Shown here one piece after another: positions 7,693-16,115 of a DNA stretch of 64,000 nucleotides (the stretch's first letter is position 1; every line of letters starts with the position of its first letter). The notes under the pieces were generated by a model. The model was not told the DNA's origin and searched no databases. It saw only the letters and a program-made list of their open reading frames with translations. The translations under genes were made by a program, and so were the position numbers. The DNA is from an uncultured Lachnospiraceae bacterium (GTDB lineage Bacteria > Bacillota > Clostridia > Lachnospirales > Lachnospiraceae): contig CANOMQ010000001.1 in NCBI GenBank assembly GCA_947567595.1, positions 77,613 through 141,612 on the forward strand, read 5' to 3'.

Positions 7693-9432
7693 ATGGGTGC
7701 GATTAGAAAATACTGGCATTGGCTGCTTGCGGCAGGCATTTTTGCCTTTGAAGCAGTCGTTTTGCTGTTGCTTCGAAAAAACATTTATGTGGGAATTTGT
7801 GATAATCTGGATTTGTTCATCACGCAGCTAAAAATGCTGCGCGACAATGGAACCTTTTTTGCAAGGCATTCTGAAATGCCCATATTAGGCGGCATTGACC
7901 GGAATTATTTTCCGTCGGAGTTTTCGCTCTACAATCTGCTGTATTTCATCTTGCCGGACATTTATGCATATATCGCCGGATACCTGCTCAAGCTTGTCCT
8001 TGCCTTTTTCTCCTGTATCCTGCTGGCAAAGTACATCTTGCGCGAAACCTTTCGGGACTATGAAAAAATCGTGGTTTTGGTCGCCATAGCGTTTGCGCTG
8101 CTTCCGGTCTATCCGATGTATGCGCTGTGCTTTTCGTCCATGCCGCTTGTGCTCTATCTGCTCATCAGAATTTACGAGAAGCCGGACTGGTGGCTTTATC
8201 TGCTGCTGTTTTTGTATCCGCTTGTCTCTTATTTTACGTTTTTTGGTGCGTTTATCATCGGTTATATATTAATAGCAATTGTTATTTTATGGTTTCGGGA
8301 CAAAAAGACCTCGTTTTCCCTGATGGCTGCCCTGATTGTCCTGATGGCGGGGTATGTGTGCTTTGAATACCGTCTGTTTTACATTATGCTGATGTCTGAT
8401 GAGACGACCATCAGGAGCACGATGGTGACGGGAGATTACGGGATGCGCGAGCTGTGGGACTGCTTTTGGGACGTGTTTTTACATGGCTTTTCCCATGCGA
8501 AATCGCTCCATACCTATTTTGTCCTTCCGGTGTGCGTCCTCTATTTTATATGGAACAATGTGCAGTATCTTACAGGCAGGAAATCAGGAAGGCTCTGCGC
8601 GGACAGATTCAATTGGATTGCTTTGTTTCTTCTATTTAACTGCCTTGTCTATGCGCTTTACTTTTGGAGACCGCTCAGGGGCCTGATTGAGACGGTACTG
8701 CCGCCGCTTAAGGGCTTCCAGTATGGCAGAACAATCTTTTTTAACACCTTTGCATGGTACGCGGCATTTTTTATCGTTATCAAACGGCTGGTTGACAATA
8801 TGCACTGGGACGGGATTTTTTGCGCGACACCGTATGCGCTTTGTATTGTGGCAATTCTGATTGTCGGCGGTACACAGTGCGAGTACAGCGACTTCTACAA
8901 TACCTGCTACTGCAACCTGTACAAGCTTGTGAAGCAAAAACCCGCAAACCAGCTAAGCTATAAGGAATTTTACGCCGAGGCGTTGATGGAAAAGATAAAA
9001 GCGGACATTGGCTATACGCCGGACAAGGGCGCCTGTGCCTACGGCTTTCACCCCGCAATGCTCTCCTACAACGGCATTACGACGATTGACGGCTATTGCG
9101 GCTATTACAGCCAGAGTTATAAGGAAGCATTCCGCACGGCAATCGCCCCGACGCTTGCGGCAAATCCAAGCTGGCAGACCTACTATGACGACTGGGGCTG
9201 CCGGGCATACCTGTTTTCGGCGTCGGGGGAAAATACGTATGATTTTGGTGCAAATGCCACTGCCGCGGCGCAGGAAATTTTGATTGACGAGCCGGCGTTA
9301 AAGGCGCTTGGGTGCGATTACATTTTTTCCCGCGTAGAGATTACCAATGCCGAGGCAATGCATATCAGGCTGATAAAGGTCTATCAGGCTGACGGGGCTG
9401 CGTACGGTGTGTATCTGTACGGGCTGGAATAA
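7693..9432 (+). CDS. Large polytopic membrane protein with a C-terminal soluble domain of about 170 aa; function unknown
   Basis: The ORF-track frame opens at 7648, but the ATG at 7693 has AAAGGTGGG about 9 nt upstream. Roughly 10 TM segments are followed by a Cys/Tyr-rich soluble tail (GYCGYYSQSYKEAF...). I have a vague impression of a DUF-type family seen in Firmicutes glycan loci and cannot verify it. Confidence 0.55.
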   Translation: MGAIRKYWHWLLAAGIFAFEAVVLLLLRKNIYVGICDNLDLFITQLKMLRDNGTFFARHSEMPILGGIDRNYFPSEFSLYNLLYFILPDIYAYIAGYLLKLVLAFFSCILLAKYILRETFRDYEKIVVLVAIAFALLPVYPMYALCFSSMPLVLYLLIRIYEKPDWWLYLLLFLYPLVSYFTFFGAFIIGYILIAIVILWFRDKKTSFSLMAALIVLMAGYVCFEYRLFYIMLMSDETTIRSTMVTGDYGMRELWDCFWDVFLHGFSHAKSLHTYFVLPVCVLYFIWNNVQYLTGRKSGRLCADRFNWIALFLLFNCLVYALYFWRPLRGLIETVLPPLKGFQYGRTIFFNTFAWYAAFFIVIKRLVDNMHWDGIFCATPYALCIVAILIVGGTQCEYSDFYNTCYCNLYKLVKQKPANQLSYKEFYAEALMEKIKADIGYTPDKGACAYGFHPAMLSYNGITTIDGYCGYYSQSYKEAFRTAIAPTLAANPSWQTYYDDWGCRAYLFSASGENTYDFGANATAAAQEILIDEPALKALGCDYIFSRVEITNAEAMHIRLIKVYQADGAAYGVYLYGLE

Positions 9433-9459
9433 AGAGGAAGGATATTTGGAAAGGAACGA

Positions 9460-10914
9460 ATGCAGATGAGTAAAAAAAGGGTACTGTTATTTTATCCGCC
9501 CGGGGCGCTTTTCCAGCGGGGCGAAGACCGCTGCCAGCAGAACATCGACGACGGCTCCGCACAGGCAATGCGCGCGTGCAACGATTTGGGCTACGCCGCG
9601 GCAATCCTGATGAAAAGCGGCTACGAGGTCAAGCTTCAGGATTATCAGACGCAGCGGGATACCTTTGATACGCTGTTAAAGGACATGGACACGTTTGCGC
9701 CGGACATGATTATGATGAGTATCACAAACACCACCATTTTTGACGACATCAAGGTTGTGAATACATTAAGGGAAAAATATAACCCGATTGTCGTATTAAA
9801 GGGCGCCTTGTTTTACGCACCCGAGCAGGCAATGCTTGACATGCTTGACCTATCAAACGTCGATTACCTGATTGGCGGGGAGATTGACTTCTGCATTGGA
9901 AAGATTGCGGATTACTGCTTTCAGGGCATCGGGAAGCCCGAGGACATCAACAATATTTTATATAAGGACGAAAACGGCAAAATGGTTGCGGCAAAATTCC
10001 ATGTATGGGACGACGACCTTGACGCGCAGCCGTTTCCGGCAAGGGAGCTGATGCCAAATGCGCTTTATATCCGTCCCGACACCAAGGAGCCGATGGCGAC
10101 CATTCAGACGGCAAGGGGGTGCCCGAGCCAGTGCGTGTTCTGCCTGACGCCGGAAATTTCCGGGAAACGCGTGCGCTTTCGAAGCCCGCAGAATGTACTG
10201 GAAGAAATGATTGAATGCTATGAAAAGCACCATATCAGAAACTTCTTCTTCAAGGCGGACACGTTTACGATTGATCCCAAGTGGGTAAAGGAAATGTGCG
10301 AGCTGATTATCGGGTCAAGGATTTACGGGAAAATCGAGTTTACGGCAAACTCGCGTGTACGCCCCCTGAGCAAGGAAACGTTAGAGCTGATGAAAAAAGC
10401 AGGCTGTTTTTTGGTGGCGTTTGGCTTTGAGTCCGGCAGTGACAAAATGTTAAAGGCAATGCGGAAGGGAACAACCGTCGAGGAGAACCGGCAGGCGGCA
10501 AGATGGTGCAAGGAACTTGGCTTAAAGTTCTGGGGGTATTTTGTGATTGGCTTTCCGTGGGAGACAAGGGAAGACATTCTGATGACCAAAAAGCTTGTCA
10601 TGGAAACAGACCCTGATTTTATTGAGGTGACGATTGCGCTGCCGTTTTACGGGACGCCGATGTATGAAATCTGTAAGCAGGAGAAACTGCTTGAAAAGTC
10701 CGTGCTGGGAAGCGATTTCTTCCATTCCAGCACAAAGGGCACCATACACCTGACGCTTGACGAGGTCATGAAGCTTCGCAGGAATATCCTGCTTGGCTTC
10801 TACTTAAGACCAAAATATATCATCAGGCGCATGGGCGACTGTATCAAAGACCCCGGCATTTTCGTGCAGTATGTCAAATACGGGATAAAGCTTGTCGTAA
10901 ATCTTTTAAAATAG
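9460..10914 (+). CDS. B12-binding-domain radical SAM enzyme (class B rSAM)
   Basis: TARGCPSQCVFC contains the CxxxCxxC 4Fe-4S/SAM motif. It is preceded by a Rossmann-like region of about 200 aa (VLLFYPP..., DMIMMSITN) typical of cobalamin-binding domains. 484 aa. Confidence 0.85.
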   Translation: MQMSKKRVLLFYPPGALFQRGEDRCQQNIDDGSAQAMRACNDLGYAAAILMKSGYEVKLQDYQTQRDTFDTLLKDMDTFAPDMIMMSITNTTIFDDIKVVNTLREKYNPIVVLKGALFYAPEQAMLDMLDLSNVDYLIGGEIDFCIGKIADYCFQGIGKPEDINNILYKDENGKMVAAKFHVWDDDLDAQPFPARELMPNALYIRPDTKEPMATIQTARGCPSQCVFCLTPEISGKRVRFRSPQNVLEEMIECYEKHHIRNFFFKADTFTIDPKWVKEMCELIIGSRIYGKIEFTANSRVRPLSKETLELMKKAGCFLVAFGFESGSDKMLKAMRKGTTVEENRQAARWCKELGLKFWGYFVIGFPWETREDILMTKKLVMETDPDFIEVTIALPFYGTPMYEICKQEKLLEKSVLGSDFFHSSTKGTIHLTLDEVMKLRRNILLGFYLRPKYIIRRMGDCIKDPGIFVQYVKYGIKLVVNLLK

Positions 10915-10924
10915 GAAGCGCTCT

Positions 10925-10963
10925 ATACGACCTTTTGGTTTAGCCAGAAGGTCGTATTTTTTT
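10925..10963 (+). terminator. Rho-independent terminator ending the 1.1-10.9 kb operon; overlaps the 3' end of the convergent gene
   Basis: Perfect 10-bp stem ATACGACCTT (10925-10934) / AAGGTCGTAT (10948-10957) with a 13-nt loop, then TTTTTTT. Confidence 0.7.
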
Positions 10964-12106
10964 GTCGATTTTATCCAAAATCTTTTTCATGCAAAGCCCG
11001 AGCGCGTAGATTGCAAAAACGGAAGGAAGATAGACAATGCAGTACAGCAGCAGGTCGTTGTATTCATAACCATTTATGGTCAGGAAGTAGGAAAGGTCTT
11101 TCAGCGCATACCAACTGATAAAGGCGTGCACGAGATACATTCCATAGGAGTTTTTCCCGCACGACGCGATAAAGCCCGTAAATGCATTCGGGTGCGCCGC
11201 GTTTTTCTTCTCGATATGGATAAGGCTTACGGCAAGCCAGTAAAAGGAAAGCCCGACAACCGAGGGCAGGAGCGCGTAGATAAAATTGCGCTCCGGCGTG
11301 ATGTAGCGGTAAACGCACCAGTAGCAGAGCACCGCGGACAGTGCAAGCGAAACAGGCAGCGGGCATTTTTTCGAAAAATCGGTCTTTTCCTGAAAATACA
11401 GCAAAATGCCAAGCGAGAAGCAGGGGAGCTGGTTGGTAAAAAAGTAATATAAAAACGAGTTGTTGTAAGGATAGTACTCGTACTGCGTTGCAATGGCAAT
11501 GTGCTTTAAAAGCAGGTAGTTTAGCAGTAACAAAACAGGCGGTATCAATACAATCAGCGCACATGCGCGCGCGAATAGCTTTTCAAATAAAAAGAACAAA
11601 AGCGGGAACAGCGCGTACAGGATAAAGGTGGTGCCGATGTACCAGCCGCCCGGAAACACCGTGTTGATGTAATCCGGGAAAAATCCGTGGACAAACAGGA
11701 CGTTCGTGATAATGGCGGCAGGCTCCCTTTTCATGATAAAGCCGGGAGAGTGGTCAAGAATATCAAGAAACAGCACATTGAGCAGGTAATTGATACACAG
11801 GATTATGACAAAGCCCGGCGCAAGGCGCAGGTAGCGGCGCAGTATAAAGCGTCCGCTGCACGCAAGGCGCTGCCGCAGGGGAAGCGTTCCATCGGGGCTT
11901 TCGTATTTTGTGCTCAGGTGCGTCCACGCGTAGCAAAGGGACATGCCGGACACCAGAAAAAAGAGCTGACAGCCCATCTGCCCGTAATTGATGAGTTGCC
12001 GAAGCCCTGTCATGTCCTTCATGATAAAATGGCGGTTGTGCACCATGATAATCATCAGGATACCAATGCCTTTTAAGAGATTGAGTGCGCCTAGCTGTTT
12101 TTTCAT
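10940..12106 (-). CDS. Acyltransferase family 3 (AT3) membrane O-acyltransferase
   Basis: N-terminus LNLLKGIGILMIIMVHN. About 10 TM helices. Later GKNSYGMYLVHAF motif typical of AT3. This is the only supported minus-strand gene in the window. Confidence 0.8.
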   Translation of the reverse strand: MKKQLGALNLLKGIGILMIIMVHNRHFIMKDMTGLRQLINYGQMGCQLFFLVSGMSLCYAWTHLSTKYESPDGTLPLRQRLACSGRFILRRYLRLAPGFVIILCINYLLNVLFLDILDHSPGFIMKREPAAIITNVLFVHGFFPDYINTVFPGGWYIGTTFILYALFPLLFFLFEKLFARACALIVLIPPVLLLLNYLLLKHIAIATQYEYYPYNNSFLYYFFTNQLPCFSLGILLYFQEKTDFSKKCPLPVSLALSAVLCYWCVYRYITPERNFIYALLPSVVGLSFYWLAVSLIHIEKKNAAHPNAFTGFIASCGKNSYGMYLVHAFISWYALKDLSYFLTINGYEYNDLLLYCIVYLPSVFAIYALGLCMKKILDKIDKKIRPSG

Positions 12107-12269
12107 AGGTAATCATTCCTTTCCTCGTCAAGATTATGTTTATCTGTATTTTGCCATTTTTTTCCTGCTTTGTAAACCGAACTTCTTTTTTTACAATCGT
12201 GTTGGAGCCGTGTCGGGGGCAAGCCGCGGTAAATATGTACAGTTAATTGAAGAAAAAAAAGGAACAATA

Positions 12270-12298
12270 TTGACTATTTTGTATTAAAATGATAAAAT
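12270..12298 (+). promoter_or_regulatory. SigA-type promoter for the signalling island
   Basis: TTGACT (12270-12275), 17-nt spacer, extended -10 TGaTAAAAT (TG 12290-12291, TAAAAT 12293-12298). Confidence 0.55.
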
Positions 12299-12357
12299 TA
12301 GAATACTTGTTAAGTAAACAAAAATAAGGAAGCAAATTTGTGTATCAGGGGGTAATG

Positions 12358-13443
12358 ATGGATAAACAGAAGATTTTAATTGTGGATGATGAAGAAGTAA
12401 ACAGAGCCATACTCGAAATCATGTTCCAAACGGAGTTTGAGGTCATTCAGGCGAGCAATGGTGAGGAGGCAATCAAGCAGATTGAGGAAAATCCGGACGC
12501 CGTATTAATCCTGTTGGACATCGTTATGCCGGTGATGGACGGATTTGGCGTTTTGGAATACATGCAGTCCAAGGAGCTGCTTGAGAAAATGCCGGTTATC
12601 CTGATTACGGGCGAGACAATCCGTGACAGCGAGGATAAGGCGTATTCATACGGCGTTGCGGACGTCATACATAAGCCGTTCTACCCCGATATTGTAGAGC
12701 GCAGGGCAAAGAACATCATCGAGCTGTATCAGAACAAGCACAACATGGAGGTTCGTTTAAAGGAGCAGGAGATGGAGCTGCGCGCGCAGCAGAAGCTTTT
12801 GCAGGAAAACAACGAGTTCATGATTGACACGCTCAGTACGGTTGTCGAGTTTCGAAGCCTTGAGACTGGGGAACATATCCGCCGTATCAAGTATTTTACA
12901 AGGATTTTGCTCAAATATCTTGACAAATATTTCCCGAAATACGGGCTGACAAAGGTGCAGATTGATGAGATTGCAAGGGCTTCCGCGCTGCATGATGTCG
13001 GAAAAATCGGTATCCCTGATGCAATTTTGTTAAAGCCGGGAAAGCTGACGCCCGAAGAATTTGAGGAGATGAAGAAGCATACGACAATCGGTGCGGAAAT
13101 TTTGGAAAGCTTCCGTGAAAGACAGTCAAATGAATTCTTTGAATATTGTTATGAAATCTGCCGTTGGCACCATGAGAGATGGGACGGAAACGGTTATCCC
13201 GATCATTTGGTCGGAGATCAGATTCCAATCAGTGCACAGATTGTAGCGATTGCAGATGTATACGATGCGTTGGTAAGCAAGAGAGTTTACAAGGGTGCAT
13301 ACGCCAATTCCGATGCATACAAGATGATTATGGACGGAGAGTGCGGACAGTTTTCTCCGGATGTACTGGAGTGCTTCCAGCTTGCAAAAGAGGACTTCTT
13401 CAATATTGTGGAAGTAATTGGAATGTTTGATTTTGCAGATTAG
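12358..13443 (+). CDS. Response regulator with HD-GYP output domain (predicted c-di-GMP phosphodiesterase, RpfG-like)
   Basis: REC domain: ILIVDDEE, LLDIVMPVMDG, IHKPF. HD-GYP domain: ETGEHIRRI, ALHDVGKIGIPD, HHERWDGNGYP, ADVYDAL. The start at 12358 is preferred because GGGGG lies 5 nt upstream. The ORF-track GTG is at 12340. Confidence 0.9.
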   Translation: MDKQKILIVDDEEVNRAILEIMFQTEFEVIQASNGEEAIKQIEENPDAVLILLDIVMPVMDGFGVLEYMQSKELLEKMPVILITGETIRDSEDKAYSYGVADVIHKPFYPDIVERRAKNIIELYQNKHNMEVRLKEQEMELRAQQKLLQENNEFMIDTLSTVVEFRSLETGEHIRRIKYFTRILLKYLDKYFPKYGLTKVQIDEIARASALHDVGKIGIPDAILLKPGKLTPEEFEEMKKHTTIGAEILESFRERQSNEFFEYCYEICRWHHERWDGNGYPDHLVGDQIPISAQIVAIADVYDALVSKRVYKGAYANSDAYKMIMDGECGQFSPDVLECFQLAKEDFFNIVEVIGMFDFAD

Positions 13444-13521
13444 ATTTAGAGGATGCGTAAAGGACAGCGAAACAGTATATGGTTTTGCTGTTTTTACGTA
13501 AACGGAAATTGGAGGCTGGAT

Positions 13522-14973
13522 ATGAGTCAAAGAGATTTAGCAGTCCTTCTTTTTGATAACGCTTTGGAGATTGTGCTGGCATTTGACGATCAGGGATTGA
13601 TTATCTACGGCAATGCCGCTGCGCATGAGAAGCTGGAATACGGCGAGGATTTGGTGGGTGTGCCGATTGGGAGTGTGTTTCCCAACGCGTTTGCAAAAGA
13701 TGGGGATAAATGGGTTCCGGCCTGTGCCATCGGGACGCAGATTCACCGCATGACGGCATACCGTAAAAATCAGACCTGTTTTCCGACGGATATGCGTGTC
13801 GTAAAGGAGGAGACGACAGGAACGTTTCTATGTATGGCGCACAGTGTGCTGGAAAAGGAGCATTTGAGCCATGAGCTGGATCAGATCAAGCAGGAGAACG
13901 AGGCGGCAATGCGCGTCAAGTCGGAGTTTGTGGCAAACGTGACGCATGAGCTTCGCACGCCCGTAAACGGGATTTTAGGTCATGTGCGGGAAATGCTGCC
14001 GGAGGAGACGGACAAAAAAAAGCTGCGTCAGTTGAATTTAATTGAGCACTGCTGCGTACAAATGAATAAGCTGATTAACAATATTTTGGATTTTTCCAAA
14101 TTGGAGGCAGGAAAGTTTGTTTTGGAGCCGCGGCGTTTTAAATTCCGTGACATGATTGATTATGTGGTGGCAAACCATAAGGGCAGGATTACGGAGAAGG
14201 GACTGGACTTTTTCGTGACCGTTTCGCCCGGCGTGCCGGAATATATTGTTGGTGACGAATTGCGGATTGTACAGATTTTAAATAATCTCCTGTCCAATGC
14301 GCAGAAGTTTACCAGTGTCGGGAAAATTACTTTGGAGGTCATCAAGACATCCAAAATGAAGGACTCGATTGAGCTGTTTTTTTTGGTGAACGACACGGGG
14401 ATTGGCATGGACGAAAAGGAGCAGGATAAGCTGTTTCAGAGCTTTTCGCAGGTGGACGCCTCAATTTCGCGCAAGTACGGCGGTACGGGACTCGGGCTTA
14501 GTATTTGTCGTCAGCTCGTGGAGCTGATGCACGGAAGCATTCATGCGGAGAGCGTAAAAGGCAGGGGTACGACGTTCACGTTTTCCGTATGGGTAGGAAG
14601 CGACCCAGAGGCTGTGGACACGGGAGCGGAGGAGGAAGGCATTGTCATGCCGGAGTCCATTGGTGCATTTTCGAACGCACTTGGCGAGGAGGACGAGGAG
14701 TCAGGCTATGCGTCGGCGCATAACCGCGAAACGCTGCTTCGCAATCTGTCAAAGCTGATTTTGTGTGTTGAGATGGAGAACTGGGAGAAGGCGGAAATGT
14801 TTATGGAGACCATCAGACAGCTTACGACGGGGGCGCCGCAGGAGGTTAGCCGTGCGGTATTGCGTCTGAAAATGGCAATTCAGAAGGAAAATTACGATAA
14901 GATTTCTACGGGAATTGAAACATTGAGAGGTTTAGTTGAGACACAGGGGGAATCAGGTATTGGAGAAGCATGA
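13522..14973 (+). CDS. Soluble PAS-domain sensor histidine kinase with a C-terminal helical extension
   Basis: H-box VTHELRTPVNGILG. N-box LLSNAQKFT. G-boxes VNDTGIGM and GGTGLGLSIC. No hydrophobic TM segment. The start at 13522 has a GGAGG RBS. The ORF-track start is 13453. Confidence 0.9.
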   Translation: MSQRDLAVLLFDNALEIVLAFDDQGLIIYGNAAAHEKLEYGEDLVGVPIGSVFPNAFAKDGDKWVPACAIGTQIHRMTAYRKNQTCFPTDMRVVKEETTGTFLCMAHSVLEKEHLSHELDQIKQENEAAMRVKSEFVANVTHELRTPVNGILGHVREMLPEETDKKKLRQLNLIEHCCVQMNKLINNILDFSKLEAGKFVLEPRRFKFRDMIDYVVANHKGRITEKGLDFFVTVSPGVPEYIVGDELRIVQILNNLLSNAQKFTSVGKITLEVIKTSKMKDSIELFFLVNDTGIGMDEKEQDKLFQSFSQVDASISRKYGGTGLGLSICRQLVELMHGSIHAESVKGRGTTFTFSVWVGSDPEAVDTGAEEEGIVMPESIGAFSNALGEEDEESGYASAHNRETLLRNLSKLILCVEMENWEKAEMFMETIRQLTTGAPQEVSRAVLRLKMAIQKENYDKISTGIETLRGLVETQGESGIGEA

Positions 14974-16033
14974 AAAAATCAGGAGAAAGGCACTTGTCCT
15001 GATTGTTGATGACGTTGAGATTAATCGGGAAATTCTAGGGGAAATCGTTGCCGACATGGGGTATAATACTGTGCTCGCAGAAAGCGGCGTGGCGGCACTG
15101 GAGCGCGTTAAGGAGCATTTGCCAAACTTAGTGTTGACCGATATATCCATGCCGGAGATGGATGGTTATGAGTTGTGCAGGCGGTTGAAGGCAGATGTGC
15201 GCACAAGGGATATTCCGATTATCTTTATTTCGGCATTTGACAAAACGACGGACATTGTAAAGGGATTTGAACTGGGCGGCGGCGATTATATTACAAAGCC
15301 GTTTATACCAGAGCTTGTGAAGGCGCGCGTCAATGTACACTTAAAGCTCTACGAAGCGACAAGGGAGGTTACGGAAGCAAACAGACATTTGCAGATTTCC
15401 GTAAACGAGCAGGTGAAGCAGCTTGAGCAGGAGCGGCGCGGTGTACTTTATGCGCTTGCGGGCGTTGCGCGGAAAAATTCGCAGTATGGGGAAAAGTACA
15501 TCGAACGAATGCGCCACAACTGCCATATCCTTGCGCAGAGTATGCAGCTCTCCCCGCTTTTTTCCGATATGATTTCGGATAATTTCGTTGATACCGTACA
15601 GCTTGCGGCACCGCTTTGCGACATCGGAAATATCGGGATTCCAAAGGATATTCTGCAAAAGAAGGCGAAGCTTACGGACGAGGAGTGGGGGATTATGTGT
15701 AGTCACACCAAGATCGGTACAAAGCTTTTGCGCGATTTGAAGGTGACAAACGACTACAACGATTTCATGCAGATTTCAATGGATATCACACATTACCATC
15801 ATGAAAACTGGGATGGAAGCGGTTATCCGGAAGGCATGAAAGGGAATGAAATCCCGCTTGCGGCGCAGATTGTCGCAATGTCAAGCATGTTCTGTGCGCT
15901 GACGGAGGACAGGAGCTTCCGCCAAAGCTATGACAGGGACGAGGCGTTGGAGATTATGCGGCAAGAGGCGCAGCAAAAGTTTAATCCTGATATTTTTAAT
16001 ATATTCTGTAAGGTTGCAAGACAGCTTCGATAA
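14936..16033 (+). CDS. Response regulator with a degenerate HD-GYP domain (several metal-ligand positions substituted)
   Basis: REC domain is intact (LIVDDVE, LVLTDISMPEMDG, ITKPF). The output domain keeps HHENWDGSGYP. It has GEKYIER where the paralog has GEHIRR, LCDIGNIGIP where the paralog has LHDVGKIGIP, and SSMFCAL where the paralog has ADVYDAL. TTG start at 14936 or 14960; it overlaps the HK stop. Confidence 0.85.
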   Translation: MRHRGNQVLEKHEKIRRKALVLIVDDVEINREILGEIVADMGYNTVLAESGVAALERVKEHLPNLVLTDISMPEMDGYELCRRLKADVRTRDIPIIFISAFDKTTDIVKGFELGGGDYITKPFIPELVKARVNVHLKLYEATREVTEANRHLQISVNEQVKQLEQERRGVLYALAGVARKNSQYGEKYIERMRHNCHILAQSMQLSPLFSDMISDNFVDTVQLAAPLCDIGNIGIPKDILQKKAKLTDEEWGIMCSHTKIGTKLLRDLKVTNDYNDFMQISMDITHYHHENWDGSGYPEGMKGNEIPLAAQIVAMSSMFCALTEDRSFRQSYDRDEALEIMRQEAQQKFNPDIFNIFCKVARQLR

Positions 16034-16035
16034 AT

Positions 16036-16065
16036 TAACAATTTTTTACTGGCAAAAAATTGTTA
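16036..16065. repeat. Perfect 12-bp inverted repeat in the gap between the degenerate HD-GYP gene and cheR
   Basis: TAACAATTTTTT (16036-16047), loop ACTGGC, AAAAAATTGTTA (16054-16065). No U-tract follows. Confidence 0.6.
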
Positions 16066-16115
16066 TGAAAGGCGTGCCTTAGACCGATAAGTTATATGAC
16101 GGAGGACGAAAAACG

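Noticed and set aside
12107-12269. Possible riboswitch (for example c-di-GMP-responsive) or small RNA in the 233-bp divergent intergenic region. It includes a GC-rich patch, GGAGCCGTGTCGGGGGCAAGCCGCGG.
   Set aside because: I could not match GEMM-I/II or any other riboswitch consensus on either strand, and there is no convincing terminator or anti-terminator pair. The region most simply holds the divergent promoters. A covariance-model scan (Rfam/Infernal) would settle it.
13453-13521. N-terminal extensions implied by the longest-ORF track. Examples are 13453, 7648, 21168, 27052, 28591, 42468, 44509, 45400, 47176, 50759, 56168, 59221 and 61054.
   Set aside because: In each case an internal start codon has a much better Shine-Dalgarno sequence at proper spacing. 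These starts often produce the ATGA or TAATG coupling typical of this operon, and they remove implausible overlaps with the upstream gene. The shorter coordinates were therefore reported. Start sites remain predictions.
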